Source of the DNA: Amoebophrya sp. A120 | Lineage: Eukaryota > Protista > Dinoflagellata | Length of the DNA stretch: 64,000 nucleotides | Direction of reading: 5' to 3' | NCBI GenBank assembly: GCA_905178155.1 | Contig: CAJINV010000014.1 | Span: 1,629,984-1,693,983 of the forward strand | In this document: positions 63,204 through 64,000 of the stretch, in pieces | Numbering within the stretch: position 1 is the stretch's first letter | How the letters are laid out: every line of letters starts with the position of its first letter | The notes under the pieces: model-generated | What the model was told of the DNA's origin: nothing | Databases searched by the model: none | What the model saw: the letters and a program-made list of their open reading frames with translations, nothing else | Translations under genes and position numbers: made by a program

Positions 63204-63947
63204 TTAAACAACGGCACAGCTGCGGCTCTCCTCCGTGCAGCCCTGCCCCTGCTTGGAGCCCTCTACTACTTCTCGCGGCGTGGCAATGGAAAAGAGCTCC
63301 GGGCCCCCAGAGGTGCTGTGCCGTCGGGCAGCAGAAGACGAGGCCGAGGGAAAAGACGAGCCTTCATGGTTGTGATCTTCATTCGGTACTAGTAGATCAT
63401 GATGAGAAAGCTGCTGCTCCTGGGCCAGAGCCAAAGAGGTCGCGGTGCCAAGCAGCTCCGGCGCAACGTGCTGGTGCTGGGTGTGGTCTCGCTGCGCTTC
63501 CTGTGCTGCAAAGGCAAGGCAGCTGGTGCTTCCGATCAGAGCAGGGGCAGACGCACGTGTAGTAGTTTCTGTTCCTGCTTCGCATTCTGTTCCACGTCGC
63601 GTTTGGTCTGCATCTAGTACTGTAAGTGCTTCGGAAGGCGACGGAGCAGACCGACCGGCCACAAGCGACGATTTGGGATTATCATTTCCAAAGGTCGTTG
63701 TGCTTGTGGCCTTGAGAACCAGCTTTGCTTCGGCTATACCGGGGCCGCCGCTGATGATCAAAAGACCAAACGCGGCAACCACTGCGGCCGCATGACGCGA
63801 GCAGATATGCGAAGAGCTGGCGATTGTCTTCAACCCTCTGCGATGACCGGTGAAAGTAAGCGCAGCCATCTTGCAATGTGGGGTGGCTCCTGTTACGGAG
63901 GCTCCTACCACTAGAGTAGATCGACTTGTTCTCGCTTTGTTTCGCAC
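63204..63947 (-). CDS. Probable 5' exon of a secreted or membrane protein
   Basis: 247-codon ORF with the hydrophobic stretch AAAVVAAFGLLIISGGPGIAEA followed by low-complexity S/T/A sequence; downstream exons not resolved. Confidence 0.45.
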   Translation of the reverse strand: MRNKARTSRSTLVVGASVTGATPHCKMAALTFTGHRRGLKTIASSSHICSRHAAAVVAAFGLLIISGGPGIAEAKLVLKATSTTTFGNDNPKSSLVAGRSAPSPSEALTVLDADQTRRGTECEAGTETTTRASAPALIGSTSCLAFAAQEAQRDHTQHQHVAPELLGTATSLALAQEQQLSHHDLLVPNEDHNHEGSSFPSASSSAARRHSTSGGPELFSIATPREVVEGSKQGQGCTEESRSCAVV

Positions 63948-64000
63948 TTGCCAAAAGGAAAAGAACCGCTTGATTTTGTTGATGCCCCGAGCAGGAGGTT

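Overview
Eukaryotic, intron-rich DNA. The many short inverted-repeat introns with direct-repeat flanks and mostly non-GT-AG ends suggest a syndinian dinoflagellate such as Amoebophrya (inference). Bases 1-16186 form one element bounded by a perfect inverted repeat of at least 423 bp; the left copy runs off the window edge. Each repeat ends internally in a loxP/FRT-like site (15-bp arms around an asymmetric 6-bp spacer). The element carries an intronless tyrosine recombinase (YR), three large unrecognised genes whose canonical GT-AG introns all join in frame, and a ~200-bp palindrome almost at its midpoint. I recognise no reverse transcriptase, DDE transposase, polymerase or capsid, so it is a candidate new class of YR/TIR element. 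The rest is host genome: a Cys-rich PAN-like protein, an EamA/DMT-like transporter, a membrane protein, a P-loop GTPase, three tandem Zn-finger paralogs, PUS10, a DUF3712/LEA_2-like protein and TBCC. These genes contain introner-like elements (TA...TA termini, 5-bp target-site duplication (TSD), shared GCATGAC motif), mirror-symmetric non-coding inserts, and inserts flanked by 50-74 bp duplications. All gene models were read by eye and need RNA-seq confirmation.
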